Source: an uncultured Actinomycetota bacterium
GTDB lineage: Bacteria > Actinomycetota > Acidimicrobiia > Acidimicrobiales > Ilumatobacteraceae
DNA length: 64,000 bases
Direction of reading: 5' to 3'
Assembly: GCA_963738275.1 (NCBI GenBank)
Contig: CAVTVY010000001.1
Location: 122,448-186,447, forward strand
In this document: positions 20,489 to 31,190 of the stretch, piece after piece
Position numbering within the stretch: position 1 is the first letter of the stretch
Layout: each line of letters starts with the position of its first letter
The notes under the pieces: generated by a model
Told to the model about the DNA's origin: nothing
The model's input: only the letters and a program-made list of their open reading frames with translations
Databases searched by the model: none
Translations under genes and position numbers: made by a program

Positions 20489-20980
20489 CTATCCGGCGGG
20501 GGCCGGTTCTTCCTCGGGAGCTCCCGAAGAATCAACGTCCTCGGACGCGTCCGCGGCATCCGCAGCATCCTCGGCCACGACTTCAGTGATCGGGGGCATT
20601 GCGTTGGCATACAGACCGCCGGCGGCGATCACCGCAGCAGCTTGCTTCAGACGGAGCGCGTCGAGTGGCTTGACGATCCAGCCTTCGGCACCTGAACGCT
20701 TGGCCAGGAACTCGTCGGCGACCCGGTCGAGCAGCATCAACACGTTTGTGTGCGGCAACGTCCCACCCGACTCGTCGAGTCTCAGCGCCATGGTGACTGC
20801 CATGCCGCCCATCGAACCGATCTGCAGATCGAGAATGGCGAGGTCTGGCTGACGTTCGGCCACCACTTTCGACACCACGCGACCTTCGGAACACACGGTG
20901 AATGTGGTGTCGGGCGAACCCAACGCAGCGGTGACCTCGTTGACGATCCAGTCGGCGTCGGTGGCGAGCAAGATGTGCAC
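20489..20980 (-). CDS. Single-domain response regulator (receiver)
   Basis: HILLATD, PDLAILDLQIGSMGG, GAEGWIVKP; acidic tail. Confidence 0.85.
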   Translation of the reverse strand: MHILLATDADWIVNEVTAALGSPDTTFTVCSEGRVVSKVVAERQPDLAILDLQIGSMGGMAVTMALRLDESGGTLPHTNVLMLLDRVADEFLAKRSGAEGWIVKPLDALRLKQAAAVIAAGGLYANAMPPITEVVAEDAADAADASEDVDSSGAPEEEPAPAG

Positions 20981-21005
20981 GAGGCGACGATACCCCGCCC
21001 TGCGT

Positions 21006-22145
21006 TCAGCGCGCGAACAGATGCCGTGCGATCGCCTCGAGTGCGTCGAGGTCGTGCACGTCGGTGGCGAGCTGTGGCACTTCGACCACCAGCTCGGCGC
21101 CGATGGCTGAGCGCAACGGTGCGAGTTCGGCTCGGTGGGCGTCGGCAAGGGTTCGCAGCTCTGCGAGGTTGTTCCACAGGGCAGCGACGTCATGGTCACC
21201 GCGTCCGGTTGCAGTGGCTGAACGAGATGCGGCGTCGGCCACTGTGCCATCGCCGAAGTGTGGCTGTACCCGATTGATCACCGCAGCAGACACCACGAAC
21301 TCGTTGGCGACGAGCTGCTTGGCGAACCAAACGGCCTCGGCGACGGTGTCGTGCTGGGGCGACGCCACCAGAACAAACTTCGTCGACGATTCCCGCAGCA
21401 ACAGACCAACGGCCTCAGCCCGGTCGCGGAACCCCGACTCCATGCCGGAGAACGACTGGAAGAACGCGATGGTGTCGGCGAGCACTTCCGAGCCAACGAC
21501 GCGCCCGATCGCTCGCACCAACGGTTGCGTTGCAGCCGACAGCACTTTCAGCCCCGTGCGGGTCGGCAGCATCAGGAGCTTGAACGCCTTGTGATCGAGG
21601 AAGCGAGTGAGCACTCCCGGTGCGTCGAGAAAGTCGAGCGCGTTCCGGGAGGGCGGCGTGTCGACGATGACCAGATCGAACCGTTCGTCGCCATGCAACT
21701 CGTGCAACGCCTCGGAAGCCATGAACTCCTGAGTGCCACTGAGGGCGTCGGCCATGTTTCGGTAGAAGCGATTCTGGACGATGCGGTCGGCCTGCTCAGC
21801 GCTGGCAGCGTTGGCACGTACGACCTTGTCGAACATTGCGGGTGTGTCGAGCATCATCGCCCACAGCTCGCCCGTGTTCGCACCACTTGCGACAACGGGC
21901 AGCGTGATGGGAAGGGTGATGCGTTGAGGGTCGCCCGAGAGCCCGCCACTCAGGCCGAGTGCGTCGGCGAGGCGACGGGCCGGGTCGATGGTGACCACCA
22001 CGACGCGACGCCCTCGGCGTGCACCTTCGATGCCGAGCACTGCGGCTGTGGTGGTTTTACCCACCCCGCCCGAGCCGCAACACACGATGACGTCGGCGGT
22101 GTTGACCAACTCGCCGATCAGCGTGTCGGCTGCGCTGTCACTCAT
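21006..22145 (-). CDS. ArsA/Get3-like ATPase (Rv3680-like)
   Basis: CCGSGGVGKTT, TIDPARRLADALG, VDTPPSRNALDFLDAP. Confidence 0.9.
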   Translation of the reverse strand: MSDSAADTLIGELVNTADVIVCCGSGGVGKTTTAAVLGIEGARRGRRVVVVTIDPARRLADALGLSGGLSGDPQRITLPITLPVVASGANTGELWAMMLDTPAMFDKVVRANAASAEQADRIVQNRFYRNMADALSGTQEFMASEALHELHGDERFDLVIVDTPPSRNALDFLDAPGVLTRFLDHKAFKLLMLPTRTGLKVLSAATQPLVRAIGRVVGSEVLADTIAFFQSFSGMESGFRDRAEAVGLLLRESSTKFVLVASPQHDTVAEAVWFAKQLVANEFVVSAAVINRVQPHFGDGTVADAASRSATATGRGDHDVAALWNNLAELRTLADAHRAELAPLRSAIGAELVVEVPQLATDVHDLDALEAIARHLFAR

Positions 22146-22152
22146 AGCCAAC

Positions 22153-23043
22153 TCATTGCCCACTCGTCGATCCATTGACCATCACGTCGGCAAGCGCGGC
22201 AATGTCGTCGGCTGAGAGTCCGGCGACCGGGAGTGCGGGCAGACGCATTTGCGGCAGCGGCAGACCGTTCGTCAAACGGTCGAGTTCGGCGTCTTGGACT
22301 GTGCGTCGCGACCTGCGAAAGACCGCCGCCGCGCGAGCTGCCCCTACCTGGGCCGTCGCTCGCCCAAAGTCGACGTCGTCGGGATCGGGCAGATCGCCAC
22401 TGAAATCGACCTGGTTGACGATGACCGCGGCGAGTTGAACGCCCACCCGGTCTTCGAGTGCGAACGATGTTTCGATCACTTCGGTCACTGGCGTTGTCTC
22501 GGGGAGGGTGACGAGTGCCACCTGGCATCGTTGCGGGTCGGAAAGGAGGGCCGAGACGTCTTCGGCCTGCACTCGAATTGGGCCACCACGCACCGAATTG
22601 AGTAGCCCAGCGGCCGATGACAGGAAGGTGATGGCGTGGCCGGCAGCCGGGCCGTCGACGACGATCAGGTCGAACTCGCCCGATCGTTCGAGCTGCTTGA
22701 TCTTGCCCAAGACCACCAGATCGTTGATGCCGGGAGCTGCGGTGCTGACCACGTCGATCACTCCCGTGGTGGCGAGTCGCTTTGCAATTCGCTTGAACCC
22801 GTGCTCGTGGAGATAGTCCTCCAGAGCGTCGGCGGCAGAGATGTAGCGAACGTCCACGTGAGGAACCAGCTGCGCCAACGCTGGCTTCCCGTCGAGTTCG
22901 ACGACGAGCACACGCATGCCGCGATCTACTGCGGCACGTGCCAGAACTGCCGTTACCGTGGTCTTGCCCACACCGCCTTTACCAGCGACGATGACGATGT
23001 TCGAGCTGACGAGGTCGGCGAGTGGGAGTGAATTGGACGACAT
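22153..23043 (-). CDS. ArsA/Get3-like ATPase (Rv3679-like)
   Basis: VAGKGGVGKTT, APGINDLVVLGKIK, VDGPAAGH, VTLPETTPVTE. Confidence 0.88.
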   Translation of the reverse strand: MSSNSLPLADLVSSNIVIVAGKGGVGKTTVTAVLARAAVDRGMRVLVVELDGKPALAQLVPHVDVRYISAADALEDYLHEHGFKRIAKRLATTGVIDVVSTAAPGINDLVVLGKIKQLERSGEFDLIVVDGPAAGHAITFLSSAAGLLNSVRGGPIRVQAEDVSALLSDPQRCQVALVTLPETTPVTEVIETSFALEDRVGVQLAAVIVNQVDFSGDLPDPDDVDFGRATAQVGAARAAAVFRRSRRTVQDAELDRLTNGLPLPQMRLPALPVAGLSADDIAALADVMVNGSTSGQ

Positions 23044-23058
23044 TTTCCGGAGGACCTG

Positions 23059-24477
23059 GTGCGCAGACTACTGATCGGCTTGCTGAGTGGCATCGCTTTC
23101 GTCGGCGCCACCATGTCGCTGACCTCAGGTCAGGTGGCCGCACAGACCGACAGCGAACAAGACACCGGCACCGAGGTGGTCGTCGACGCGGCACCCGTCG
23201 ACGTGTTGCAGGTGAACGGTTTGTTCGACAACATCGTCGTTGCAGCGATTGGTGCAGCTATCGACCGTGCCGAAACCGACGGTAGTCAAGCACTCATTTT
23301 GCAGGTCGACTCCCGTGGTGCTGTGGTCAGCGACGAGTCCATGGCAGAGTTGATGGCCAGAATCGACTCGGCCAAGGTGCCGATCGGGGTGTGGGTTGGC
23401 CCAACCGGCGCTCGCCTCTATGGCGCACCAGCGCAGATTCTTGCGGTTGCTGATGTCACCGGCATGGCGCCAGGCGCCCGGGTGGGCAACGTCGGCGCTC
23501 CGGTCTCGGAGTTCGAGCTCGGCCCAGCGCTCACCGCTCTGAAGTCCACCACCGTTGGACTGTCTGATGCGCGCGAACTCGACGTGTTTCAGCAGCGCAT
23601 CTCCGATGAGGGCGTGGCGACGATCCTCAACATGCTCGATGCGCTCGACGGGTACGAGGAAAACGGCACCGTCATCGACACCACCACCGAAGTCGTCACC
23701 GAGTCGGGAACGGTGCAACGTGAAACGATCGCGGTCGCCCGCTTCGCGAAGTTGGGATTGATCGACCAGTTGTTCCACACTGCCGCCAGCCCCGAAGTGA
23801 CCCTGCTCATGCTGCTCATCGGGATGGCGTTGTTGATCTTCGAGTTCTTCACGGCAGGCATTGGCATCGCCGGGGTCGTCGGAGCCTTCTGCGTGTTCAT
23901 GGCCTGCTTCGGCTTGGTGGAACTTCCGGCCCGACCGTGGGCCGTAGCTCTGCTGATGCTGGCAATGCTTGCATTCGCCGTCGACGTCCAAGTCGGCATC
24001 CCGCGGTTCTGGACCGGTGTGGGCATTGTCTTCACCATCGTGGGCAGCTTCTGGTTGTTCGAACCGGTGGGCGAGACATCGCTCCGTCCATCATGGCTGT
24101 CGCTGATCGCCGGCATCGGCGGCATCATGCTCACGTTCATCGTCGGCATGCCGTCGATGACTCGTACTCGGTTCGCAACACCCACCGTGGGTCGCGAATG
24201 GATGCTCGGCGCCGAAGGCGTGGCGGTCACCGACGTCAATCCCGACGGCATCGTTCGCGTCGGCGAAGCCGAGTGGCGAGCCCGCACCAACCGGGCCACG
24301 CCAATCACGGCCGGTGAACCGCTGCTGGTCGCCGCCATCGACGGCGTCGTCCTCGAGGTCGAGCCGTTGGAAGGTGCCGCCAAGGATTACCGCGAGATGC
24401 GCAAGAAGCCGGAAGCCGGCGTTGATCAAGGGTCTGCTCAAGCAGTCGGCACTGATGCCGACATCTCCGCGAACTAG
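23059..24477 (+). CDS. NfeD family membrane protein (ClpP-like N-domain, TM region, OB-fold C-domain)
   Basis: Signal peptide; VPIGVWVGP.GAR, GMAPGARVG; LLIFEFFTAGIG; G.A.TDVNPDG.VRVGEAEWRART. Confidence 0.85.
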   Translation: MRRLLIGLLSGIAFVGATMSLTSGQVAAQTDSEQDTGTEVVVDAAPVDVLQVNGLFDNIVVAAIGAAIDRAETDGSQALILQVDSRGAVVSDESMAELMARIDSAKVPIGVWVGPTGARLYGAPAQILAVADVTGMAPGARVGNVGAPVSEFELGPALTALKSTTVGLSDARELDVFQQRISDEGVATILNMLDALDGYEENGTVIDTTTEVVTESGTVQRETIAVARFAKLGLIDQLFHTAASPEVTLLMLLIGMALLIFEFFTAGIGIAGVVGAFCVFMACFGLVELPARPWAVALLMLAMLAFAVDVQVGIPRFWTGVGIVFTIVGSFWLFEPVGETSLRPSWLSLIAGIGGIMLTFIVGMPSMTRTRFATPTVGREWMLGAEGVAVTDVNPDGIVRVGEAEWRARTNRATPITAGEPLLVAAIDGVVLEVEPLEGAAKDYREMRKKPEAGVDQGSAQAVGTDADISAN

Positions 24478-24488
24478 CTCGAACTGAA

Positions 24489-26224
24489 CTAGCTCACACC
24501 CGGCAGGCGCGGTCCTGCCACTCGGAGGTCGTCGCGGCGTCGCGTCACTCCACGATGGTCGAGTTCGGCCACCAGTGGCACCGCCCATTTCCTGCTGGCA
24601 CCGGTGCGTTCCCTGAACTGCGAGACAGTGAATCCGCCGGGCGCTTCCGCGAGCAGTTCGGCTGCAACTCGGGCGGCCGCGTCGATGGTCTCGCGATGAA
24701 ACAGCAACTGGTCGCGTTCAACCAGCACACCGCGCCGAACCAGCTCACGGACCACGGCGCGGTCGATGCTCGCAGGAATCTCGGGTGCGAAACCGCCGGC
24801 AAGGATCGCAGCGGCAAACGGGTGGTCAGTGAACGGGTCGACCGCACCTGCGCGCCTGGCGCGCCCAGCATCGACCGTCACCTCTTCAAGCGACTCGATG
24901 ACAGCACGGTCGCGGTCGTCGAGCGGCGCCAGGTCGACACCGTCGTCGCCCGCTGTGACGATCATGGCCGATCCAGCGCGATCGCTCGCGGGCGAGCACT
25001 TCGGGCGCCACGGCCCAGCGCCCGAGGTTTGGCTGCTGCGCAACTCCAGTGAGACGTTCCAACAAGTCGGTCTCGACCCAGCCCCGTTCGGCAATCACAC
25101 GTTCGACTGTGTTGTCTGGCCGTGCGCGACTGGCCCGCAGGATGGGGTCGACATCGAGCACCGCTCCGCCGCCAACGGTCTCGTCGCGGCCTGACTCGCG
25201 CAGCACGAACCGATCGTCGGGCAGCAGTGGCAGTCCATGCGGTAGAAACAGGCGAACGACGCCAGACGTTCCCGGAGCGATCGCTTCAGCACCCAAGACT
25301 CGCAACTTGACCGGCACTTCGAGCGACCCGATGTAGGCCTGATACGCGCCCCGCCGCGAGACGTCGTGATCGAGCGCAGCGAGCACGTCGAGCGTTGCGT
25401 CGAACCGGTCGGTGACATGCCAACGGCCCGGCTCGACCATGGCGGCGCCGCGCTCCACCTCGGTGTGCGCAATTCCACTGAGGTTGATCGCGACTCGATT
25501 GCCCGGTTCGATGTGTTCCACCGCGGTGCCGTGGCATTGCATCGACCGCACACGGGCCAACCTGGTGCCACGTGCATCAACGATCGCCACGGTGTCGTCG
25601 TGACTCGAGCGGTCCACCGGTCAGCGTGCCCGTTACCACCGTGCCGCTGCCCTTTGCTGCGAATGATCGATCGATCCACAGCCGCGCGCGTCGTCGATCG
25701 ATCGAAGCGGGGGTCGCAGCGACCAGGGCATCAATTGCTTCAATGAACGTTGGAAGTCCACGCTGATGATCGCCGGCTGCAGCGACGGGAATGATCGGGG
25801 CGCCGTCAAGAAAGGTGCCTGATACCGCCTCAGCCACTTCGAGCGTGGCGATCTCACGCCACTCGTCATCGACCTGGTCAACCTTGGTCAACGCGATCAG
25901 TCCATGGCGCATACCCAACAACTCCAAGATTCGCAAGTGCTCCTCAGATTGTGGCTTCCAACCTTCGGTGGCGGCCACCACGAAGATGCATGCGTCGACA
26001 CCGCCGACGCCAGCAAGCATGTTGCGAAGGAAACGAACATGGCCCGGTACATCGACGAGGCTGATCTCCTCACCAGACGGCAACGTGGTGTGAGCGAACC
26101 CCAGGTCGATGGTCAGTCCGCGGCGCTTCTCCTCCTCGAACCGGTCGGGATCCGTTCCGGTGAGCGCGATCACCAGCGACGACTTCCCGTGGTCGACGTG
26201 CCCGGCAGTGGCGAGCACCCTCAT
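24489..26224 (-). CDS. selB: Selenocysteine-specific elongation factor; frameshifts ~25620 and ~24985
   Basis: [47 protein letters not shown]; C-terminal [23 protein letters not shown] winged helix. Confidence 0.93.
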
Positions 26225-27612
26225 GTGATCGAAGTGTTGGTAGGCCGGCTGTTGGTGATCGCGGCCGCAATGATCATGTCGTCGAGCGGGTCGACGGCGC
26301 GGAGGTCGATGATGGTGATGTCGTCTCGAGTGCGCGCGATCACTGGCGGGTTGTGCGCTCGGAGGAGGGCCATTCGATCGCCGTTCACCGCCACACCAGC
26401 GGAAGGAATCTGAACCCCCGGCACCGAGCCAGCACCGGGCAACGCAGCAGTGTCGACAACGGCACCGTCGCCGCACCGTTCGACGATCGCCGCGGCTCGG
26501 GTTCGAAGGTCATCAACCGGAACCGTGGCCATACGCCAGAACGGCACATCGTCGGCAGCGGTGCGGTGCAGGTACGACAGCGCGATCTGCTGGAGTGAGT
26601 CGAGCACGAGACCACCGCAGCGCAGCGCTCGGGCTAGCGGGTGGCGGGCACATGCGGCGACCAAGTCGGCGCGCCCAGCGATGATGCCGGCCTGTGGGCC
26701 TCCCAGCAGTTTGTCTGCGCTGAATGTCACCAGGCTCGCGCCATCGGCCAGAGTCTGAACGGCTGCGGGCTCGTTGGCCAACCACGCCGGGGTGGGGCCA
26801 CTCAACCAGGGCGTCGTGGCATCGAGCAAGCCGCTACCGATATCGGCCACTACTGGAACGCCGTACTCGCTGGTGATGGCCGACAACTCGGCCACCGACG
26901 TCTCCTCGACGAATCCCTCGACTCGGTAGTTGCTGGGATGGATCTTCAACACGGCGGCAATGTCGTTGCCTGGCCGCGAGATGGCCCGGGTGTAGTCGGT
27001 GAGGCGGGTGCGGTTGGTGGTGCCCACATCCACCAGCCGTGCACCCGATTGTTCCATCACCTCCGGCACGCGGAACGATCCGCCGATTTCCACCGCTTCT
27101 CCGCGAGACACGGCCACGTCGCGGCGCGAGGCCAGGGCGGCGAGCACCAACAACACGGCAGCCGCATTGTTGTTGACGACCATGGCATCTTCGGCACCAC
27201 ACAGCGTGGCAAAGAGTTGCCCGACCGAGCGCTGGCGCGAACCACGTTCGCCGGTGGCGAGGTTGAACTCGACGGTGTGGGCTCGAACCGCCGGGGAAGG
27301 CAACTGGCGCGGGGCCACAGGTGCTCGCCCGAGGTTGGTGTGCAGGAGCACGCCGGTGCCGTTGATGACCGGCGTGAGCAACGTGCGTTCGAAGCCACGT
27401 GCCGTTTCCGCGGCACGTGCCGCGATTCGATCGCCGAGCCCAGTCGGGCCGCGACGATCGGTCGAGTCGGTCGAGTCGGACTGTTCGGACTGCACGTCTC
27501 GGATGGCGGCCCGGGCGATCTCGACCAATATGGGGTGGGGGAGACCGGTCTGGGCAAGCGATCTTGCGAGCGCGTCGACCGAAGGTGGGCGTTGCGCCTG
27601 CGGTTCGCTCAT
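26221..27612 (-). CDS. selA: L-seryl-tRNA(Sec) selenium transferase
   Basis: [58 protein letters not shown]. Confidence 0.96.
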   Translation of the reverse strand: MSEPQAQRPPSVDALARSLAQTGLPHPILVEIARAAIRDVQSEQSDSTDSTDRRGPTGLGDRIAARAAETARGFERTLLTPVINGTGVLLHTNLGRAPVAPRQLPSPAVRAHTVEFNLATGERGSRQRSVGQLFATLCGAEDAMVVNNNAAAVLLVLAALASRRDVAVSRGEAVEIGGSFRVPEVMEQSGARLVDVGTTNRTRLTDYTRAISRPGNDIAAVLKIHPSNYRVEGFVEETSVAELSAITSEYGVPVVADIGSGLLDATTPWLSGPTPAWLANEPAAVQTLADGASLVTFSADKLLGGPQAGIIAGRADLVAACARHPLARALRCGGLVLDSLQQIALSYLHRTAADDVPFWRMATVPVDDLRTRAAAIVERCGDGAVVDTAALPGAGSVPGVQIPSAGVAVNGDRMALLRAHNPPVIARTRDDITIIDLRAVDPLDDMIIAAAITNSRPTNTSIT

Positions 27613-27637
27613 CGGCGTGGAGCCTACGCTGGCACCC

Positions 27638-28087
27638 GTGGTGCTCTCCATCCAGCTCGTTCATCTCGATCCGGCGCTGCCGCTGCCGGCCTATGCCCAC
27701 GAGGGGGACGCCGGGCTCGATCTCGTCGCTCGGGAAGGTGCCGTCATCCCGGCCGGCGGTGGTCGCATGCTGATGCCGACCGGCATCTCGATTGCCATTC
27801 CATCCGGACACTGCGGGCTCGTGTTGCCCCGGTCGGGTCTCGCCTTGAAACACGGGGTGACCGTAGCCAACACGCCAGGGCTCATCGACGCGGCCTACCG
27901 AGGCGAGGTCAAGGTCGTGCTGCTCAACACCGACTCACACCACGATTATGAGGTGCACCGAGGTGATCGAATCGCTCAGCTGCTGATTCAACGCTTCGAT
28001 CAAGTCGCGTGGCACGTGGTGCCAGAGTTCGACGAAACCACCACCAACGACGACCGCGGCGGCGGCTTCGGCCACAGCGGCCGTTAA
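27638..28087 (+). CDS. dut: dUTP diphosphatase
   Basis: GDAGLDL, PRSGLA, NTPGLIDAAYRGE, GDRIAQL, RGGGFGHSG. Confidence 0.96.
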   Translation: MVLSIQLVHLDPALPLPAYAHEGDAGLDLVAREGAVIPAGGGRMLMPTGISIAIPSGHCGLVLPRSGLALKHGVTVANTPGLIDAAYRGEVKVVLLNTDSHHDYEVHRGDRIAQLLIQRFDQVAWHVVPEFDETTTNDDRGGGFGHSGR

Positions 28088-28091
28088 CGGG

Positions 28092-29003
28092 TCAGCTCTC
28101 GGTGATGGTGACTGAGACGATGTCAACCGGCTCGAGCGGCGGCACGCCGTTGTTCTCGGGGTTCCCCACCGCGTCGAGCGCGGGGACGGTGGTGTCGAGC
28201 CCGTCGGTCACCATGCCAAACAGGGAGTAGCTGGGGGGCAGCGCCGCCCCGTTTGCGCCGGTGATGATGAAGAACTGGCTGCCGTTGGTGTTCGGCCCAG
28301 AGTTGGCCATGGCCAACGAACCGATCTGGTATTCGCCCTCTGCGGGCAACTCGTCTTCGAACTCGTAGCCGGGGCCACCGGTACCGGTGCCGGTGGGGTC
28401 GCCGCACTGGGCGACGAAGTCGGGGATGATGCGGTGACAGGGCACGCCGTCGAAATAGTGGTAGCGGGCCAAAGTGACGAAGCTGTTCACGGTCAGTGGC
28501 GCCTTGTCGGCGAACAACTCAACGGTCATCGCGCCTTGCGTCGTGACAATCTCGGCCGTGTAGCTCTTGGTCTCGTCGATGCACATCGGCGGATACTCGG
28601 TGAACTCCAACTGCTCGGCGGACGACCCGTCGGCGGCCGGACATTCGGTCTCGGTGCCGGGCACGGTGGTTGCGCCGGGCACCGTGGTTGCGCCGGGCAC
28701 GGTGGTTGCGCCGGGCACGGTGGTTGCGCCGGGCACGGTGGTTGCGCCGGGCACGGTGGTTGCGAAGTCGTCAGGAACGGTGGTGGCGACCGTCGCGACG
28801 GTGGCGGTGGTGAGCGTTTCTTCGTCGTCGTCGAACGCACCGCCGAGCCATGCGATCAGCAACACGCCGGCGAAGGCGGCCACGATTGCAGCAGTCCATC
28901 GAATGGCGTTGCGCTTGACGGTGCTGGCGCGCTGTGCTTTGGCGACTTCGGCGTCGCGCATCGCTCGGTTGGCCTTCTGTCGTTCCCGTTTCTCGGTACC
29001 CAT
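28092..29003 (-). CDS. Membrane-anchored cyclophilin-type peptidyl-prolyl isomerase
   Basis: N-terminal TM; HRIIPDFVAQCGDPTGTGTGGPGY, AMANSGPNTNGSQFFI. Confidence 0.93.
   Translation of the reverse strand: MGTEKRERQKANRAMRDAEVAKAQRASTVKRNAIRWTAAIVAAFAGVLLIAWLGGAFDDDEETLTTATVATVATTVPDDFATTVPGATTVPGATTVPGATTVPGATTVPGATTVPGTETECPAADGSSAEQLEFTEYPPMCIDETKSYTAEIVTTQGAMTVELFADKAPLTVNSFVTLARYHYFDGVPCHRIIPDFVAQCGDPTGTGTGGPGYEFEDELPAEGEYQIGSLAMANSGPNTNGSQFFIITGANGAALPPSYSLFGMVTDGLDTTVPALDAVGNPENNGVPPLEPVDIVSVTITES
28656..28763. repeat. 18-bp coding tandem repeat x6 (ATTVPG linker)
   Basis: (GCCGGGCACGGTGGTTGC)6, one copy with a synonymous change. Confidence 0.92.
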
Positions 29004-29171
29004 CGGCGGAGAGGCTATAGCCGCCATGCGGACGAACAGCAGCACCGCTTCTGCGGGTCCCCCGGGAATGACACGATGCTGGGCATTTCTCAAGCTGGCG
29101 TCTGGTCAAGCCGATACGCGGGTAGTGAAAGACGTGAGCGATCGGCAGCGACGCCAACTTGACGCGCAGTT

Positions 29172-29877
29172 TCAGAGCGTCGGCGCACCCGGTTCTTCGC
29201 CGAGCACATCGGCCGAACCGGAGTCGAACACCGCGCCCGAACTTGCGCTCGATGCTGCCGGGTCGAACATGTCGACGACGGCGCCGCTGACGAACCCAAA
29301 GTCGCTGGTGACATCGCCGGCGGCATTCAAGGTCACGTCGATCCAGGCCCCGCCCAGGTTGGGGATACGTGGGTCGATGCCGTCGAGGTGGCGCAGGAGC
29401 GATCGAATGAGGCCCGAATGGGTCACCACGACCACGACGCCAGAGGTACGTGCAGGGTCAGTCGCGATGGCGTGCAACGCCTCGAGCCCGCGTGCTACCA
29501 CCGACTCATACAGTTCGAAGTCGGGTGGGCGCCGTTGTGCTTCGAGGTACCCCGGCCAATCGCGGCGGATGTCGGCGTGCGTGAGCCCTTGCCACTCGCC
29601 AGCGTGGGCCTCGCGCAGCCTCGGGTCGGTCAATACGCCCGGGAGCCCGAGCGCATCGGCGATCACCACTGCGGTGCGATGGGCTCGCGACAGATCGCTC
29701 GACCACACCGAACCGAACTCAATGTTCAACCTCGCCAACAGTTCTGCTGTGGACGCTGCCTGTTCGTATCCCAACGGGCTCAACGGCGAGTCGGCCATCC
29801 CCTGCCACAGATCCGCGTTCGTTCCACTCACTCTGGCCATGCCTGAGCAGCAGCAGGCGAGTGACGTTGGGCGACAT
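29172..29877 (-). CDS. Histidine phosphatase (phosphoglycerate mutase) family; frameshift ~29825
   Basis: LLLLRHGQSEWN, then WQG.ADSPLS, SSDLSRA, LREAHAGEWQG, VVTHSG. Confidence 0.88.
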
Positions 29878-29914
29878 CCCGTCTGAGGGTACCGGTGGCA
29901 GTACGCTGCACGGG

Positions 29915-30151
29915 ATGGCAAAGGTCCGCCTCTTCGCCGCAGCCCGAGATGCCGCAGGTACTGGGCACGACGAACTGCCGGGAGACACGGTTGGCGCTGT
30001 TCTCGAGGCAGCGACGGCCCGCTACGGCGACAACTTTGCGTCGGTGCTCGCCACTTGTCGCATCTGGGTGAACGGCGACTCCGCCGATCTGCTCGACCAG
30101 GTCTGCTCGACCGACGAACTTGCGGTCCTGCCGCCCGTATCCGGAGGATGA
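29915..30151 (+). CDS. MoaD/ThiS family sulfur-carrier protein
   Basis: VRLFAAARDAAG...ELAVLPPVSGG with C-terminal GG. Confidence 0.92.
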   Translation: MAKVRLFAAARDAAGTGHDELPGDTVGAVLEAATARYGDNFASVLATCRIWVNGDSADLLDQVCSTDELAVLPPVSGG

Positions 30152-30642
30152 ACATGGTGCATGTTGATGATCCCAAGTCGCTCACGCTCGAACAACTGCG
30201 CGACATTCGCAATCAACTCCAAAACGAAGACGACGTGGTGTCGTATGTGCGGAGAGTGGCGCAGGCGCGCGTCGACTTGGTGCGCGCGGAGCAACATCGT
30301 CGAGAGCGGGGCGAGGTCACCGAAGATTTGCCCAGCGAACTGCGGGTGGTGTTGTCACAACACCTCATGGGTGGGCCGCCGCGCCCACCTCGGCCGGAGG
30401 TCACTCTCGACGACGACCCGCTGTCGGACGAACTCGATCGAGTGTGCACGAAGTGGGGCTTCAGCCGCATCGAAGAGCTCGACCTGAACGAACTGGCCGA
30501 CCTGGAACGGCATCTCAACGCGTTCGAACGCGGTGTGTCCGACAACCGTCGAGCCCGCTACAACCTGCTCGATGCGCTCAGTGCCGAACTGGTTCGTCGC
30601 TACCGCGACGGCGAAGCATCGGTCGACGGCCTGCTCGACTGA
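30148..30642 (+). CDS. RsiG/AmfC-like anti-sigma factor
   Basis: Two helices matching E(X3)S(X2)R(X3)Q(X3)D with substitutions; C-terminal AELVRRYRDGEASVD. Confidence 0.75.
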   Translation: MNMVHVDDPKSLTLEQLRDIRNQLQNEDDVVSYVRRVAQARVDLVRAEQHRRERGEVTEDLPSELRVVLSQHLMGGPPRPPRPEVTLDDDPLSDELDRVCTKWGFSRIEELDLNELADLERHLNAFERGVSDNRRARYNLLDALSAELVRRYRDGEASVDGLLD

Positions 30643-30702
30643 TCGCTCGCGATTGGATTGCTCATCGGCCGCTTTCCGGTGGTGTGTGAGAGACTCTGAC
30701 TC

Positions 30703-31179
30703 ATGGCGACCTCCCGCTCTCAGCACTCCGGCGAGCCAGGCGCCAACACTGCGACCGCGCTCGACCAAGAAGCTGATCCGGCGAGCGACGGTGAAGTTGA
30801 CGGCGAGGTCGACGCGCACGCATCTGGTTCGGGCTCGTCGCCGATCGACCACATCGACGTCGGCGCGTTCATTCGCCACCAGCGCGAGATCGCCCGAATG
30901 TCGGTGCGCAAGCTGGCCGAGTTGGCCAACGTGTCGAACCCCTATCTCAGCCAGATCGAACGCGGCGTGCGTAAGCCGTCTGCCGAAATCCTGCAACAGG
31001 TGGCGAGCGCTCTGCGCATCAGCGTCGAATCGTTGTATGTCAAGGCAGGAATCCTGCCCGAAGGTGGGCGTCCGGTGAGTCCGGTCACCGAAGCGATCGA
31101 ACACGACTCGCTTCTTTCCGACGAACAGAAGCTCGCGCTCCGCAACGTGTACGACAGCTTCATCGCATCTCGCATCTGA
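30703..31179 (+). CDS. XRE-family HTH regulator (Rv0474-like)
   Basis: GAFIRHQRE..SVRKLAELANVSNPYLSQIERGVRKPSAEILQQ. Confidence 0.9.
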   Translation: MATSRSQHSGEPGANTATALDQEADPASDGEVDGEVDAHASGSGSSPIDHIDVGAFIRHQREIARMSVRKLAELANVSNPYLSQIERGVRKPSAEILQQVASALRISVESLYVKAGILPEGGRPVSPVTEAIEHDSLLSDEQKLALRNVYDSFIASRI

Positions 31180-31190
31180 ACCAACACCCA

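Noticed and set aside
21006-23043. ArsA ATPases as part of arsenic resistance
   Set aside because: This is the tandem Rv3679/Rv3680-type pair conserved in Actinobacteria, 13 kb from the ars genes and without evident metalloid-binding Cys motifs.
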